Assembly: GCA_018399995.1 (NCBI GenBank)
Contig: JAGYMU010000003.1
Location: 2,873-66,872, forward strand
DNA length: 64,000 nt
Direction: 5' to 3'
Source: Halanaerobiales bacterium
GTDB taxonomy: Bacteria > Bacillota > Halanaerobiia > Halanaerobiales > M55B127
Notes under the pieces: generated by a model
The model's database searches: none
What the model was told of the DNA's origin: nothing
Seen by the model: only the letters and a program-made list of their open reading frames with translations
In this document: one piece after another, positions 38,066 through 48,726 of the stretch
How the letters are laid out: each line of letters opens with the position of its first letter
How positions within the stretch are numbered: the first letter of the stretch is position 1
Made by a program: the position numbers and the translations under genes

Positions 38066-38142
38066 TGGTCTGGCTACCCGGATTTGAACCGGGGACCTCT
38101 TGCTCCCGAAGCAAGCGCGCTACCAAGCTGCGCTATAGCCAG
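38066..38142 (-). tRNA. tRNA-Pro (anticodon CGG)
   Basis: The reverse complement folds as a cloverleaf: acceptor CUGGCUA/UAGCCAG, D arm GCGC/GCGC, anticodon arm CUUGC-UUCGGGA-GCAAG, T arm CCCGG-UUCAAAU-CCGGG. It has C1-G72, A73 and an encoded CCA. Confidence 0.93.
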
Positions 38143-38275
38143 ATAAAAATGCTTTACTCTTTTATTTTAACTACATTCTATTATAACATTAATAAATTCT
38201 ATAGTAAAGATTGAAAATATCAAACAGTAGCAATTATTAAAAACATAGAAGCTTTAAATAATTAGGGGATAGCAA

Positions 38276-38698
38276 ATGACTGATGAAAATAAGGGTATTT
38301 ATTTATTAGTTATCGAGCTTAATAGAGATAAAAAAATTAAAATAGGTGCTCTGGGTAATATTAATTTTTCAGAAGGTTATTATTACTATGTTGGTTCTGC
38401 CCAGAATAATTTACAGAACAGAATAGAAAGACATTCAAGATCTGATAAAAATTTCCACTGGCATATCGATTATTTTTTAGATGAAAGTGCATTAATAGAT
38501 TATTATACTCTTTTAGCAGAAAAAAGATTTGAATGTAAATTATTTAATTATCTTAAAGAAAATGATAGAATGCAAATTCCGGTCATTGGTTTTGGTTCTA
38601 GTGATTGTAAATGCCCCGCACATTTTCTTTATTCTCAGCGGTTAATAAATATAAAAGAATTAATATATAAGTTCAAAGATCAATATTTGAAAAGCTAA
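38276..38698 (+). CDS. GIY-YIG superfamily protein (DUF123-like)
   Basis: GIYLLVIEL...YYYVGSAQNNLQNRIERH pattern of GIY-YIG/Uri-type nucleases, plus HWHIDYF. Confidence 0.65.
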   Translation: MTDENKGIYLLVIELNRDKKIKIGALGNINFSEGYYYYVGSAQNNLQNRIERHSRSDKNFHWHIDYFLDESALIDYYTLLAEKRFECKLFNYLKENDRMQIPVIGFGSSDCKCPAHFLYSQRLINIKELIYKFKDQYLKS

Positions 38699-38716
38699 TC
38701 AGGAGTGAATAAATTA

Positions 38717-40870
38717 ATGATCAAAGCAGATAATATTCTAAAAAGATTAAATAAAGAACAAAAAAGAGCTGTTCAATTATATCAAGGGCCTGGTCTAATC
38801 ATTGCAGGGGCTGGTTCCGGCAAAACAAGAGTTTTAACAAATCGTATTGCTTATTTAATTGAGGTATATAATGTAAGTCCTTTTAATATTTTAGGACTAA
38901 CCTTTACCAATAAGGCTGCAGATGAAATGAAAAATAGGGTAAATAAGATGACGGGCAGTAAGGCTGAAGATATATTTTTAGGTACCTTTCATTCTTTTTG
39001 TGTACGTATTTTAAGACGTGAGATTAATAAAATAGATTTCAAAAGAAACTTCACAATATATGACACTTATGATCAAAAGAAGTTAATTAAAAATATTTTA
39101 AAAGATTTAAATTACGATGTTAAAAAACACAAGCCGGCCATAGTTTTAAATAAGATCAGTAATGTAAAAAATGAACTTATGGAAGCTGAGGATTATCAAA
39201 AACAGCCCTTATCTTACTTTCAAAAAATAGTATCGGCTGTATACCAAGAGTATGAGATAAGACTAAGAAAAAACAATGCCCTTGATTTTGATGATTTGAT
39301 TATGAAGGCTGTGCAGATATTTTTAGATTTTCCAGATGTATTAAATTATTATCAAATGAGATACAAATATATCCTTATTGATGAATATCAGGATGTAAAC
39401 TTTGCTCAATATAAGTTTGCCCAGTTATTAGCTGATAAACATAGAAATATTTTTGTGGTCGGCGACCCTGACCAGAGCATATATGCTTTTAGGGGGGCTG
39501 ATATTAAAAATATATTACATTTTGAAGAAGACTATCCAGAGGCTGAAGTGATTAAATTAGAACAGAACTATAGGTCTCATAAAAAGATACTGGATATTGC
39601 AGATAATGTAATTAGAAACAATAATGATAGGGTTCCCAAAAATCTCAAAGCAGCCCGAGGCAAAGGTGGAAATGTATATTACAAAAATCTTAAAACTGCT
39701 GAAAAAGAAGCCCAATTCATCGCACAAAAAATGAAATTTTTAAAGGGCGAATATAGGTATAATGAGATGGCGGTTTTGTATAGAACAAATGCTCAGTCCC
39801 GCCAGATAGAAGATGCCATGATAAATTATGGGATACCCTACCAGATTATTGGGGGTTTTAAATTTTATGAAAGAAAAGAGATCAAGGATTTGCTTGCTTA
39901 TTTGAAACTTATTAATAATAATTCAGACGATTTGAGCTTGATAAGGATAATAAATAGCCCTAAAAGAGGTATTGGAAAGAGTACTTTAGAAAACATACGA
40001 AAATATGCCGAGCAGGAGGAAATAAGCCTATTACAGGCTGTCCGAAGATCTGATCAAAACCCAAATCTGAGTGGCGCATATCAAAAAAGGGTTAGACAAT
40101 TTTCTGAAATGATTTATGAATTGATTCAAATAAATAAGGATTCAGGTCTGACGGCTTTATTTAAAGCCCTCTGTAAAAAGACAAAGTATATTGAACAATT
40201 AAAAAACAGTGGTACCAAAGAAGATAAAAGCAGGATTGAAAATATTGATGAACTGTATAATGTAATAGAAGAACACATCAGAAAAAATGCAGATAATAAT
40301 CTCAGTACTTTTTTAGAAGAGGTTTCTTTAATAGCTGATGTTGATAATTTAGAAGAGGAGAAAGATATTGTGACTTTAATGACTTTACATTCTGCCAAAG
40401 GTCTGGAGTTTCCAGTTGTTTTTATGAGTGGAATGGAGGATGGTCTATTTCCCCACTCCAATTCCTATAAAGAAAAGGATGGTATGGAAGAGGAAAGACG
40501 CCTTTGTTATGTGGGTATAACCAGGGCTGAGGATATACTCTATTTAACAAATGCTAAAAAAAGAAGGAGATATGGTAGTTATGAGTATAATTCCCCCTCT
40601 AAATTTTTAGATGAGATTCCGGATGGTTTAATAGATAATCAAAAAGAAGAAAAAAGTTTTTCTGTAGAGGTTGAAGAATCTATAAATGTATATAACTATA
40701 ATAAAAAGAGCCATAGATATAAAGTTGGGCAGGAAGTTGTACACAGTCGTTGGGGACGAGGGAAAATTATAAAGATTTCTGACAACAATGATTTAGAACT
40801 AACCATCGATTTTGGCAGAGGCTCTCCCAAAACACTACTTGAAAAATATGCTCCAATTCAAAGGGCTTAA
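38717..40870 (+). CDS. pcrA: ATP-dependent DNA helicase PcrA
   Basis: AGAGSGKT, LIDEYQDVN, VGDPDQSIYAFRGA, QNYRS, LMTLHSAKGLEF, RRLCYVGITRA. The ORF is open from a GTG at 38705. Confidence 0.95.
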   Translation: MIKADNILKRLNKEQKRAVQLYQGPGLIIAGAGSGKTRVLTNRIAYLIEVYNVSPFNILGLTFTNKAADEMKNRVNKMTGSKAEDIFLGTFHSFCVRILRREINKIDFKRNFTIYDTYDQKKLIKNILKDLNYDVKKHKPAIVLNKISNVKNELMEAEDYQKQPLSYFQKIVSAVYQEYEIRLRKNNALDFDDLIMKAVQIFLDFPDVLNYYQMRYKYILIDEYQDVNFAQYKFAQLLADKHRNIFVVGDPDQSIYAFRGADIKNILHFEEDYPEAEVIKLEQNYRSHKKILDIADNVIRNNNDRVPKNLKAARGKGGNVYYKNLKTAEKEAQFIAQKMKFLKGEYRYNEMAVLYRTNAQSRQIEDAMINYGIPYQIIGGFKFYERKEIKDLLAYLKLINNNSDDLSLIRIINSPKRGIGKSTLENIRKYAEQEEISLLQAVRRSDQNPNLSGAYQKRVRQFSEMIYELIQINKDSGLTALFKALCKKTKYIEQLKNSGTKEDKSRIENIDELYNVIEEHIRKNADNNLSTFLEEVSLIADVDNLEEEKDIVTLMTLHSAKGLEFPVVFMSGMEDGLFPHSNSYKEKDGMEEERRLCYVGITRAEDILYLTNAKKRRRYGSYEYNSPSKFLDEIPDGLIDNQKEEKSFSVEVEESINVYNYNKKSHRYKVGQEVVHSRWGRGKIIKISDNNDLELTIDFGRGSPKTLLEKYAPIQRA

Positions 40871-40889
40871 AATTTAGGAGTGGATTATT

Positions 40890-42899
40890 ATGGTTGAAGA
40901 AAAAATAGAAAATAGGGTTAAAGAACTTAGAAAATCATTAAGAAAGCATGAATACAAATACTATGTTTTAGATAATCCTACTATTTCTGATTATGAATAT
41001 GATCAATTAATGGAAGAATTAAAAAAAATAGAAGAAGAAAACCCGGAGCTAATAACAGAGGATTCTCCTACCCAAAGAGTTGGTGGTGAACCCAGGGATG
41101 AATTTAAAAAAGTAGAACACAGTTCGCGTATTTTAAGCTTAGATAATGCTTTTAATGCACAAGAACTTAGAGAATTTGATAAAAGGGTTCAGAGAAATCT
41201 TGATACAAAACAGTATGAATATATAGTTGAACACAAGATTGACGGACTTTCTGCGATCCTACATTATGAAGATAGTATTTTCACTTTAGGTGCAACCAGG
41301 GGTAATGGCAGAGTGGGTGAAGATGTTACTCATAACCTCAAAACAATCAACACTATACCTTTAAAGTTAAGGGAGGTTGGTGTCAATTTACAGTTAAGGG
41401 GAGAAATCTTTATTAAAAAAGATGATTTCAAAAAAATGAACAAAAAGCGTGAAGAAGAGGGGAAAAACCCTTTTGCGAATCCCAGAAATGCTGCTGCAGG
41501 ATCTGTCAGACAACTTGATCCCCAAGTGGCGGCAGAAAGGTCTTTATCATTTATAGCCTATGATTTAGTAGAATTTACAGATCAAAATAAAAAAATCAGT
41601 AAACACGAGCAGGCTTTAAATTTTTTAAAGGACCTCGGGTTTAATATCAATTGGTATAAAAAGTGTAATGATATAACTGAAGTGATAAAAGTCTGTGAAA
41701 AGTGGGTTGAAAAACGAGAGGAGATCGATTTTGAAATCGATGGGATGGTTCTTAAGATTAATCAACTAACTTTGCGTGAAAAACTGGGTAGTACTTCTAA
41801 AAATCCCCGCTGGGCAATAGCATATAAATTTCCAGCTCAACAAAAAACAACTCAGGTTAAAGATATAATAGTAACTGTGGGTAGAACGGGAGCATTGACT
41901 CCAAGTGCTGTTCTTAAACCGGTTTTAATAGATGGTTCTACTGTTAGTCGCGCAACCTTACATAATGAAGATGAGGTTAAGAGAAAAGATGTTAGAATCA
42001 ACGATACTGTTTTAATACAGAAAGCCGGAGATGTTATTCCTGAAATCGTTAAGGTGATTAAAGAGGAAAGAACGGGTAATGAAGAAAAATTTGAGATGCC
42101 TGAGCACTGTCCAGTCTGTGGGGAACCTGTTTACAGAGAAGAAGGTGAAGCCGTAACAAGGTGTACCAATATAAGCTGTCCTGCCCAGCGCAGAGAAAGC
42201 ATTTTGCATTTTGTGTCCAGGGACGCTATGGATATTGAAGGTGTGGGTCCTTCTCTTGTTGATCAATTGTTGGATAATAATTTAATAGAAGATTATGCAG
42301 ATCTTTATTACTTAGAAAAACAGGACTTAATTAATTTAGAAAGAATGGCAGAAAAGTCTTCTAACAATGTGCTCAGAGCCATTGCGGCAAGCAAAGATAG
42401 AGAATTAAACAGGTTGATCTATGCCCTGGGGATTAGACATGTAGGTAGTAGTGCTTCTCGTATATTGGCTGATGAATTTGGTTCAATAGAAGATTTAAAA
42501 GGGCTAAGTGAAGAAGATTTAATTGAAATAGATGAAATAGGACCTGCCATAGCTGAAAGTATAATCAACTTCTTTAAGAGTAAACATAATTTAGAAGCTT
42601 TAAAAAAATTAAAAAAAGCTGATGTCAGGATGGAAAAAAGGACACAGAAAGAAAACTATAGTCAGCATTTAAAGGATAAATCTTTTGTTTTTACAGGTGC
42701 TTTAGATCAGTACAGTCGGAAAGAAGCCTCCCGTTTAATCAGACAGTATGGAGGAGATGTGAAGTCAAGTGTGAGTTCTAAAACAACTTACCTAATAGTG
42801 GGAGAAAACCCTGGCTCTAAATATGAAAAGGCTCAGGATCTGAATATAAAAATTATTGATGAAGATGCTTTCGAAGATTTATTAAAAGGAGGTCATTGA
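40890..42899 (+). CDS. ligA: NAD-dependent DNA ligase
   Basis: Adenylation motif EHKIDGLS, Zn finger CPVCGEP..C..C, HhH repeats and a C-terminal BRCT (FVFTGAL). Confidence 0.97.
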   Translation: MVEEKIENRVKELRKSLRKHEYKYYVLDNPTISDYEYDQLMEELKKIEEENPELITEDSPTQRVGGEPRDEFKKVEHSSRILSLDNAFNAQELREFDKRVQRNLDTKQYEYIVEHKIDGLSAILHYEDSIFTLGATRGNGRVGEDVTHNLKTINTIPLKLREVGVNLQLRGEIFIKKDDFKKMNKKREEEGKNPFANPRNAAAGSVRQLDPQVAAERSLSFIAYDLVEFTDQNKKISKHEQALNFLKDLGFNINWYKKCNDITEVIKVCEKWVEKREEIDFEIDGMVLKINQLTLREKLGSTSKNPRWAIAYKFPAQQKTTQVKDIIVTVGRTGALTPSAVLKPVLIDGSTVSRATLHNEDEVKRKDVRINDTVLIQKAGDVIPEIVKVIKEERTGNEEKFEMPEHCPVCGEPVYREEGEAVTRCTNISCPAQRRESILHFVSRDAMDIEGVGPSLVDQLLDNNLIEDYADLYYLEKQDLINLERMAEKSSNNVLRAIAASKDRELNRLIYALGIRHVGSSASRILADEFGSIEDLKGLSEEDLIEIDEIGPAIAESIINFFKSKHNLEALKKLKKADVRMEKRTQKENYSQHLKDKSFVFTGALDQYSRKEASRLIRQYGGDVKSSVSSKTTYLIVGENPGSKYEKAQDLNIKIIDEDAFEDLLKGGH

Positions 42900-42900
42900 T

Positions 42901-43308
42901 TTGTGGAGAGGCAAGTTATATCATTATGCCCTCAGTGTATCGGTATTGTCAATAATTTTTATCAAAATTTTTAATCCTCAATATTTCTGGCCGTGGTCGA
43001 TCACTGTATTTATATTTCAAGTTATAGCTGTATTAATAACAGATTGGTTATTAAAATTGATCAGGACTAAATATACAAAAAGTAAATATATTGCGCCTGG
43101 AATTTTGCTTTACCGCAGATTTTTTGCTATAAGTCTAAGTTTTTACTTAATACTGGGGCTTTTTAATCAAGCAGAAAGTCTGTTGGCAAGGTTTTATGTA
43201 TTCTTTTTAATTATTGGATTTATGGGTATCAGCATAGCAATACTTTACAGGATTATGATAGCCGGAGATCTTTTAGATAGATTTAATGATGATGATAAAA
43301 AGGAGTGA
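42901..43308 (+). CDS. Small hypothetical membrane protein (about four TM helices)
   Basis: Hydrophobic profile only. It is tightly packed between ligA and gatC with a TTG start. Confidence 0.45.
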   Translation: MWRGKLYHYALSVSVLSIIFIKIFNPQYFWPWSITVFIFQVIAVLITDWLLKLIRTKYTKSKYIAPGILLYRRFFAISLSFYLILGLFNQAESLLARFYVFFLIIGFMGISIAILYRIMIAGDLLDRFNDDDKKE

Positions 43309-43604
43309 TGAAATTGATTAATGAAGAAGAGGTAAGGTATATAGCAGATCTGGCAAGTCTAAAATTAAGTAAAAAAGAGGTTGAAATGTTTTCTAAGCAG
43401 TTAAGTGATATTGTGGACTACGTAGAGAAACTTGATGAGCTTGATACTAAAGATATAGTCCCAACGGCCTATACAATACCCGTTAAAAATGTCTTTAGAG
43501 AAGATAAAGTAAAAGGGTCACTTAGTTTAGAAAAAGTTTTAAAAAATGCCCCCGAAAAACAGGCAGATCAATTTCGGGTGCCAAAAATTATAGAGGAAGA
43601 TTAA
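43305..43604 (+). CDS. gatC: Asp/Glu-tRNA amidotransferase subunit C
   Basis: INEEEVRYIADLASLKLSKKE typical GatC N-terminus. The real start may be the TTG at 43314. Confidence 0.9.
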   Translation: MMKLINEEEVRYIADLASLKLSKKEVEMFSKQLSDIVDYVEKLDELDTKDIVPTAYTIPVKNVFREDKVKGSLSLEKVLKNAPEKQADQFRVPKIIEED

Positions 43605-43640
43605 TATGGAGGTGTCAATCCCAAGACAGGGAATTAAACT

Positions 43641-45083
43641 ATGAAATTATATAAATGTTCATTAACAGAGCTTAAAAATATGATAGAGGAAAAAAGGGTT
43701 AAATTACAGGATATTCATGAGTCAATCTCATATCGTACAACTAGTACGGATCCTAAAATTAAAGCCTATGTTAACAAAAATGAGGCATATAATATTGATG
43801 AATTAGATCAAAAAGATTATAAAGACACCTATCTAAAAGGTTTACCGATAGCTATCAAAGATAATATTTCTATAGAAGATATTAATACAACCTGTTCTTC
43901 TAAAATGCTTGAAGAATATATCCCACCGTATAATGCAACAGTGGTCGAAAAAATAAAAGAAGCAGGTGGTATAATAACCGGAAAAACCAATATGGATGAG
44001 TATGCTATGGGTTCTTCTACAGAAAATTCTGCTTTTTTTCCAACTGTGAATCCCTGGGGAAAAAACAGGGTACCGGGTGGTTCAAGTGGTGGTTCTGCAG
44101 CAGCAGTTGCTGCTGGCATGGTGCCTGTTTCATTAGGTTCCGATACAGGTGGATCGATTAGACAACCTGCTTCCTTTTGTGGTGTTGTGGGTTTAAAACC
44201 TACTTATGGGGCAGTTTCCCGTTATGGACTGGTAGCTTTTGCTTCATCTCTAGATCAAATTGGACCTCTTGCACGTAATGTAGAGGATATTGCACTGATG
44301 ATGAATGTCATAACAGGCAGAGATGAAAAGGATTCTACCTGTGTTAACAGAGAATATCCTGATTTTACTGAGTATTTAAAAAATGATGTTACGGATATGA
44401 AAATAGGTATACCTGATCAATATTTTGATATTGAATTTGATCAAGAGGTTAGAGAATCCGTCTTAAATGCTGTTGAAAAATTAAAAAAAGCAGGGGCTAA
44501 GATTGAAAGAGTGAGCCTTACAGGTGCTGAGTATGCACTAGCAGCTTACTATATTATTGCTACTGCTGAGGCGAGTTCCAATCTGGCGAGATATGATGGG
44601 GTTCGCTATGGATTAAGAGCAGCCGGGGCAGATAACTTAGAGAAGATGTTTACAGAAACCAGACAACAGGGCTTTGGCGAAGAAGTTAAAAGACGTATTA
44701 TGCTGGGTACTTATGTGCTTAGTTCAGGTTACTATGATGATTTTTATCTTAAAGCACAAAAAGTCAGAACCCTGATTAAAAATGATTTTGATCAACTATT
44801 TGCAGATTATGATTTAATACTTTCTCCTACTACTCCTACAACTGCTTTTAAAATAGGTGAAAAAAGAGATCCTCTTAAGATGTATGCTGCTGATATTTTT
44901 ACTGTTCCTGTAAATATTGCAGGAATTCCAGCAATATCTGTGCCTTGTGGTTTTGATCAAAAAGGATTACCGATTGGGCTGCAGTTGATGGGTGCTCACT
45001 TTAAGGAAGAGAAGTTAATACAGGCGGCTTTTAGTTTAGAGAAGATACTGAATCTGGATATTAAATATCCGGCTTTAAAATAG
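43641..45083 (+). CDS. gatA: Asp/Glu-tRNA amidotransferase subunit A
   Basis: Amidase signature [14 protein letters not shown]...[12 protein letters not shown]. Confidence 0.96.
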   Translation: MKLYKCSLTELKNMIEEKRVKLQDIHESISYRTTSTDPKIKAYVNKNEAYNIDELDQKDYKDTYLKGLPIAIKDNISIEDINTTCSSKMLEEYIPPYNATVVEKIKEAGGIITGKTNMDEYAMGSSTENSAFFPTVNPWGKNRVPGGSSGGSAAAVAAGMVPVSLGSDTGGSIRQPASFCGVVGLKPTYGAVSRYGLVAFASSLDQIGPLARNVEDIALMMNVITGRDEKDSTCVNREYPDFTEYLKNDVTDMKIGIPDQYFDIEFDQEVRESVLNAVEKLKKAGAKIERVSLTGAEYALAAYYIIATAEASSNLARYDGVRYGLRAAGADNLEKMFTETRQQGFGEEVKRRIMLGTYVLSSGYYDDFYLKAQKVRTLIKNDFDQLFADYDLILSPTTPTTAFKIGEKRDPLKMYAADIFTVPVNIAGIPAISVPCGFDQKGLPIGLQLMGAHFKEEKLIQAAFSLEKILNLDIKYPALK

Positions 45084-45099
45084 AGATGGAGGTGTCAAA

Positions 45100-46542
45100 A
45101 TGGATGATAAATATGAAACAATAATTGGATTGGAAGTACATGCACAACTTGATACAGAATCTAAGATATTTTGTTCATGTAGTACAGAATTTGGGAGTGA
45201 ACCGAATACAAATACTTGCCCGGTTTGCCTTGGTTTACCAGGAACGCTGCCGGTTTTAAATAAGAAGGCAGTTGATTATTTGATCATAACTGGTCTGGCT
45301 TTAAATTGTGAGATTGCATCCTATAGTAAGTTTGACCGTAAAAACTATTTTTATCCTGATTTACCAAAGGCCTATCAAATTTCTCAATTTGATTTACCAC
45401 TGGCTAAAAATGGTTATATTAAAGTGGAAACTGAAGAAGGGATTCACAGGATAGGGATAACCCGTATTCATTTAGAAGAAGATGCTGGTAAGTTAATACA
45501 TGAAGGAAGTATTGATCAATCTTCAGGCAGCCTGGTGGATTATAATAGAACCGGCGTACCCCTGGCTGAAATAGTCAGCGAACCCGATATCAGGACACCA
45601 GAACAGGCGCGTGAATATCTTAATTATTTAAAAAAGACTTTAGAATACCTAAAGGTTTCGGATTGTAATATGGAAGAGGGATCTTTAAGGTGTGATGCAA
45701 ATATTTCTCTACGCCTGCATGGGAATAAAAAGTTTGGTACAAAAGTAGAACTAAAAAACATGAATTCATTTAAGGCCATAGAAAAGGCCTTAGCTTATGA
45801 ACAAAAGAGGCAGAGAAAGATGCTTGAAAATGATAAAAAGATCGTTCAGGAAACCAGGACCTGGGATGAAAGTAAGTCTAAAACAATCTCTATGAGGGGC
45901 AAAGAAGAGGCTAATGACTACAGATATTTCCCCGAACCCGATCTAGTCCCTTTAGAAATAGATGAAAGATGGAAAAAAGATATTGAAGACCGCCTGCCTG
46001 AACTGCCTGCTGTCAAAAGAAAGCGATTTATTGATGAATATAATTTACCTGAATATGATGCAGATGTTATAACCGACAGTCGGGATTTAGCAGACTTTTT
46101 TGAGGATAGTGTGTCTGAATATAAGGATGCTAAGGTAGTCAGTAACTGGATAATGGGTGAGTTTTTAAGACTAATAAATGAAGAAAAAATGGCTATTGAA
46201 GATACAAAAATAACAGGACAGCTGCTGGCTAAAATGTTAAAAATGATTGATCAAGATGTAATAAGTTCAAAAATTGCCAAAACTGTTTTTGAAGAGATCT
46301 TTTATACCGGCAAAGATCCTGAAGAAATAGTCAAAGAAAAAGGTTTAAAACAGATTAGTGATCAGGATGAACTGGAAAGTTTAGTGGAAAAAATAATAGA
46401 TGAAAACCCTTCGGTAATAGAAGACATTAAAAATGGTAAGGATAAAGCAGTCGGTTATCTTGTTGGCCAAGTTATGAAAGAAACAAAAGGTAAGGCCAAT
46501 CCCCAGATGGTCAATAAAATGTTTAAAGAAAAGATAAAGTAG
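45100..46542 (+). CDS. gatB: Asp/Glu-tRNA amidotransferase subunit B
   Basis: [38 protein letters not shown]. Confidence 0.96.
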   Translation: MDDKYETIIGLEVHAQLDTESKIFCSCSTEFGSEPNTNTCPVCLGLPGTLPVLNKKAVDYLIITGLALNCEIASYSKFDRKNYFYPDLPKAYQISQFDLPLAKNGYIKVETEEGIHRIGITRIHLEEDAGKLIHEGSIDQSSGSLVDYNRTGVPLAEIVSEPDIRTPEQAREYLNYLKKTLEYLKVSDCNMEEGSLRCDANISLRLHGNKKFGTKVELKNMNSFKAIEKALAYEQKRQRKMLENDKKIVQETRTWDESKSKTISMRGKEEANDYRYFPEPDLVPLEIDERWKKDIEDRLPELPAVKRKRFIDEYNLPEYDADVITDSRDLADFFEDSVSEYKDAKVVSNWIMGEFLRLINEEKMAIEDTKITGQLLAKMLKMIDQDVISSKIAKTVFEEIFYTGKDPEEIVKEKGLKQISDQDELESLVEKIIDENPSVIEDIKNGKDKAVGYLVGQVMKETKGKANPQMVNKMFKEKIK

Positions 46543-46555
46543 AGGAGATATTAAG

Positions 46556-48586
46556 ATGGCTGTCATCACAAGTCTAAGCCTGGTCGCTGGTACGGAACAA
46601 ACCAGACAGACCCTGGTTAAACAGTTAAGAGAATATATTTCTGAAGAGATACCAATTAAAAGTTTTGTAATTGATAAAGGTATTGATCAAATAATCTCTG
46701 ATGATTTGGTTGTACTATCCAGTAATATAGTTGCAAAAGAGCTCAAAAATAAAGATGTTTTAGATAGTAATTGTGAAATCATCAATGCCGGAAGAACTAT
46801 TAATTATGATGTTATAGATGAGATAATGTTTTTAGAAACAGGAACTGATGTATTATTTGTTAATGATGTCAAAGAAACTGCTCTAAATGGTATAAAGGCC
46901 TTCCAAGATTTGCAGATTGATCACATTAACTTATATCCGTGTTACCCGGATATGGAAGAAGATCCTCAAATGGTAGAAGTTGCTATAACCCCGGGTGAGG
47001 TTAATAAAGTACCTGATTTTATTAAAGAAGTATATAATATTGGCCCTAGGATAATGGATCAGACAACTATTTTAAAGATCTTAAATAGAATGGGGATTCT
47101 TGAAATAAAAGCAGGAAAGTTTTCCCATTCTTATTTACATAAAATAATAAATATTGCGAAAAAGTTTGCTCAGTCTGCCAAAGATGTATCTAATTTAAAT
47201 GAACATCTGTCTACTGTAATCAACAGCCTTAATGATGCACTTGTAGTCTATGATAATAAGGGTTATATAAGTGTAAACAATAAGAATTTTGCAGAATTGT
47301 TTAATCATTCTTCCACTAGCCTTCATGGTAAATATATTAAAAACATAGTATATAGTAGAAAGCTGTTGGGTTTTCTTATGTCCGAAAAAATGAAAAAAGA
47401 AGTTTATCAAATAGCTAATAAGAATTATATTGTAAGCAAATTCTCCCTACCTGATTCCCGTTTTCACACGGCTGTTTTTAAAAGTGAAAAAGAAACAATT
47501 GATGATAGCAAAAGAATTAATCAGGAATTTATTAATAAGGGTTTTTATGCAAAGTATAATTTTGCTGATATTATTGGGGAAAGCGAAAAGAATAAGGAAA
47601 TTAAAGAAGTTGCTAAGAAACTGGCAAAAACTGATTTAACAATATTGATAGAGGGTGAAAGTGGTACAGGTAAAGAACTATTTGCTAATGCAATTCACAA
47701 TAGTTCAAACAGAAAAAACGGACCCTTTCTGGCAATTAATTTTAGCGCTTTACCCGACAAATTGATTGAAAGTGAACTATTTGGCTATGAATCCGGTGCC
47801 TTTACTGGTGCTAAAAAGGAAGGTAAAAAGGGGCTATTTGAAGAAGTAGATGGAGGCACTATCTTTTTAGATGAGATTGGTGATATATCAATAGAAGTTC
47901 AGGCCAGGTTACTGAGGGTTCTTCAGGAAAAAGAGTTAATGCGAATAGGGAGCAATAGAATTAATAGAGTTGATGTTAGAGTAATAGCTGCAACTAATAA
48001 AAATCTTTGGAATTTAATTGAAGAAGGCAAATTTAGAAAGGACTTATATTATCGTTTAAAAATTGGATATCTTAAAATACCACCGCTGCGGGAGAGAAAA
48101 GAAGACCTCAGAGAGCTTATTGAATATTTTATCAAAGTCGAGAGTACTCCATCTATAAAGATGGAGGATGCAGTCTATGATGAATTATTAAAATACAACT
48201 GGTATGGTAATGTTAGAGAATTAAAAAACACTCTCAGCTATATGCTGGCTGTTAAAGAAGGAACAACAATTAGATTGTCTGACATACCAAACAGAGATTT
48301 CTTCAAGGGAGAGATAACAGCTAACCTTGATATGATTGAGCCAAGCTTATCTTTAAGCGAAGAAGAGCAATTTTTGTTAGGGCTAATTGATAAGCTTAAA
48401 AAGGAAAATAATCTGGTAGGTAGGAGATTGCTGGCAGATAAATCCCAAAATACATCTTTTCCCCTTACAAAATATCAAGTTAGAAATAGACTTGATAAAC
48501 TAAAAGATAAGTCTTTAATTGAAAAAGGTAAAGGAAAAAAAGGAACAAATCTGACGGCTTTAGGGCGCAAATACTTAAACCAATAA
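46556..48586 (+). CDS. Sigma54-dependent transcriptional activator (N-terminal sensory region + PAS-like + AAA+ + C-terminal wHTH-like)
   Basis: GESGTGKE Walker A, the GAFTGA sigma54-contact loop (ESELFGYESGAFTGA), FLDEIG Walker B, and RVIAATN. Confidence 0.9.
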   Translation: MAVITSLSLVAGTEQTRQTLVKQLREYISEEIPIKSFVIDKGIDQIISDDLVVLSSNIVAKELKNKDVLDSNCEIINAGRTINYDVIDEIMFLETGTDVLFVNDVKETALNGIKAFQDLQIDHINLYPCYPDMEEDPQMVEVAITPGEVNKVPDFIKEVYNIGPRIMDQTTILKILNRMGILEIKAGKFSHSYLHKIINIAKKFAQSAKDVSNLNEHLSTVINSLNDALVVYDNKGYISVNNKNFAELFNHSSTSLHGKYIKNIVYSRKLLGFLMSEKMKKEVYQIANKNYIVSKFSLPDSRFHTAVFKSEKETIDDSKRINQEFINKGFYAKYNFADIIGESEKNKEIKEVAKKLAKTDLTILIEGESGTGKELFANAIHNSSNRKNGPFLAINFSALPDKLIESELFGYESGAFTGAKKEGKKGLFEEVDGGTIFLDEIGDISIEVQARLLRVLQEKELMRIGSNRINRVDVRVIAATNKNLWNLIEEGKFRKDLYYRLKIGYLKIPPLRERKEDLRELIEYFIKVESTPSIKMEDAVYDELLKYNWYGNVRELKNTLSYMLAVKEGTTIRLSDIPNRDFFKGEITANLDMIEPSLSLSEEEQFLLGLIDKLKKENNLVGRRLLADKSQNTSFPLTKYQVRNRLDKLKDKSLIEKGKGKKGTNLTALGRKYLNQ

Positions 48587-48671
48587 AACCATTTAATCTT
48601 AATGGTTAAACCAAAAAACCCCATTAAAGAACATATCTGGTCTGCATGACCGTCAAATAAGCACTATTAAT

Positions 48672-48687
48672 TGGCATGGTAATTGCA
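48672..48687 (+). promoter_or_regulatory. Sigma54 (-24/-12) promoter
   Basis: TGGCAT-ggtaa-TTGCA matches TGGCAC-N5-TTGCW in all but one position, 40 nt upstream of the ATG at 48727. Confidence 0.8.
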
Positions 48688-48726
48688 TTTTAAATATTAT
48701 AGATATTTTAGAAAGGAGTTTTACCA

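Noticed and set aside
37987-38214. 75-aa plus-strand ORF.
   Set aside because: It is antisense to, and fully contains, the cloverleaf-forming tRNA-Pro(CGG) on the minus strand (38066..38142). The open frame is incidental.
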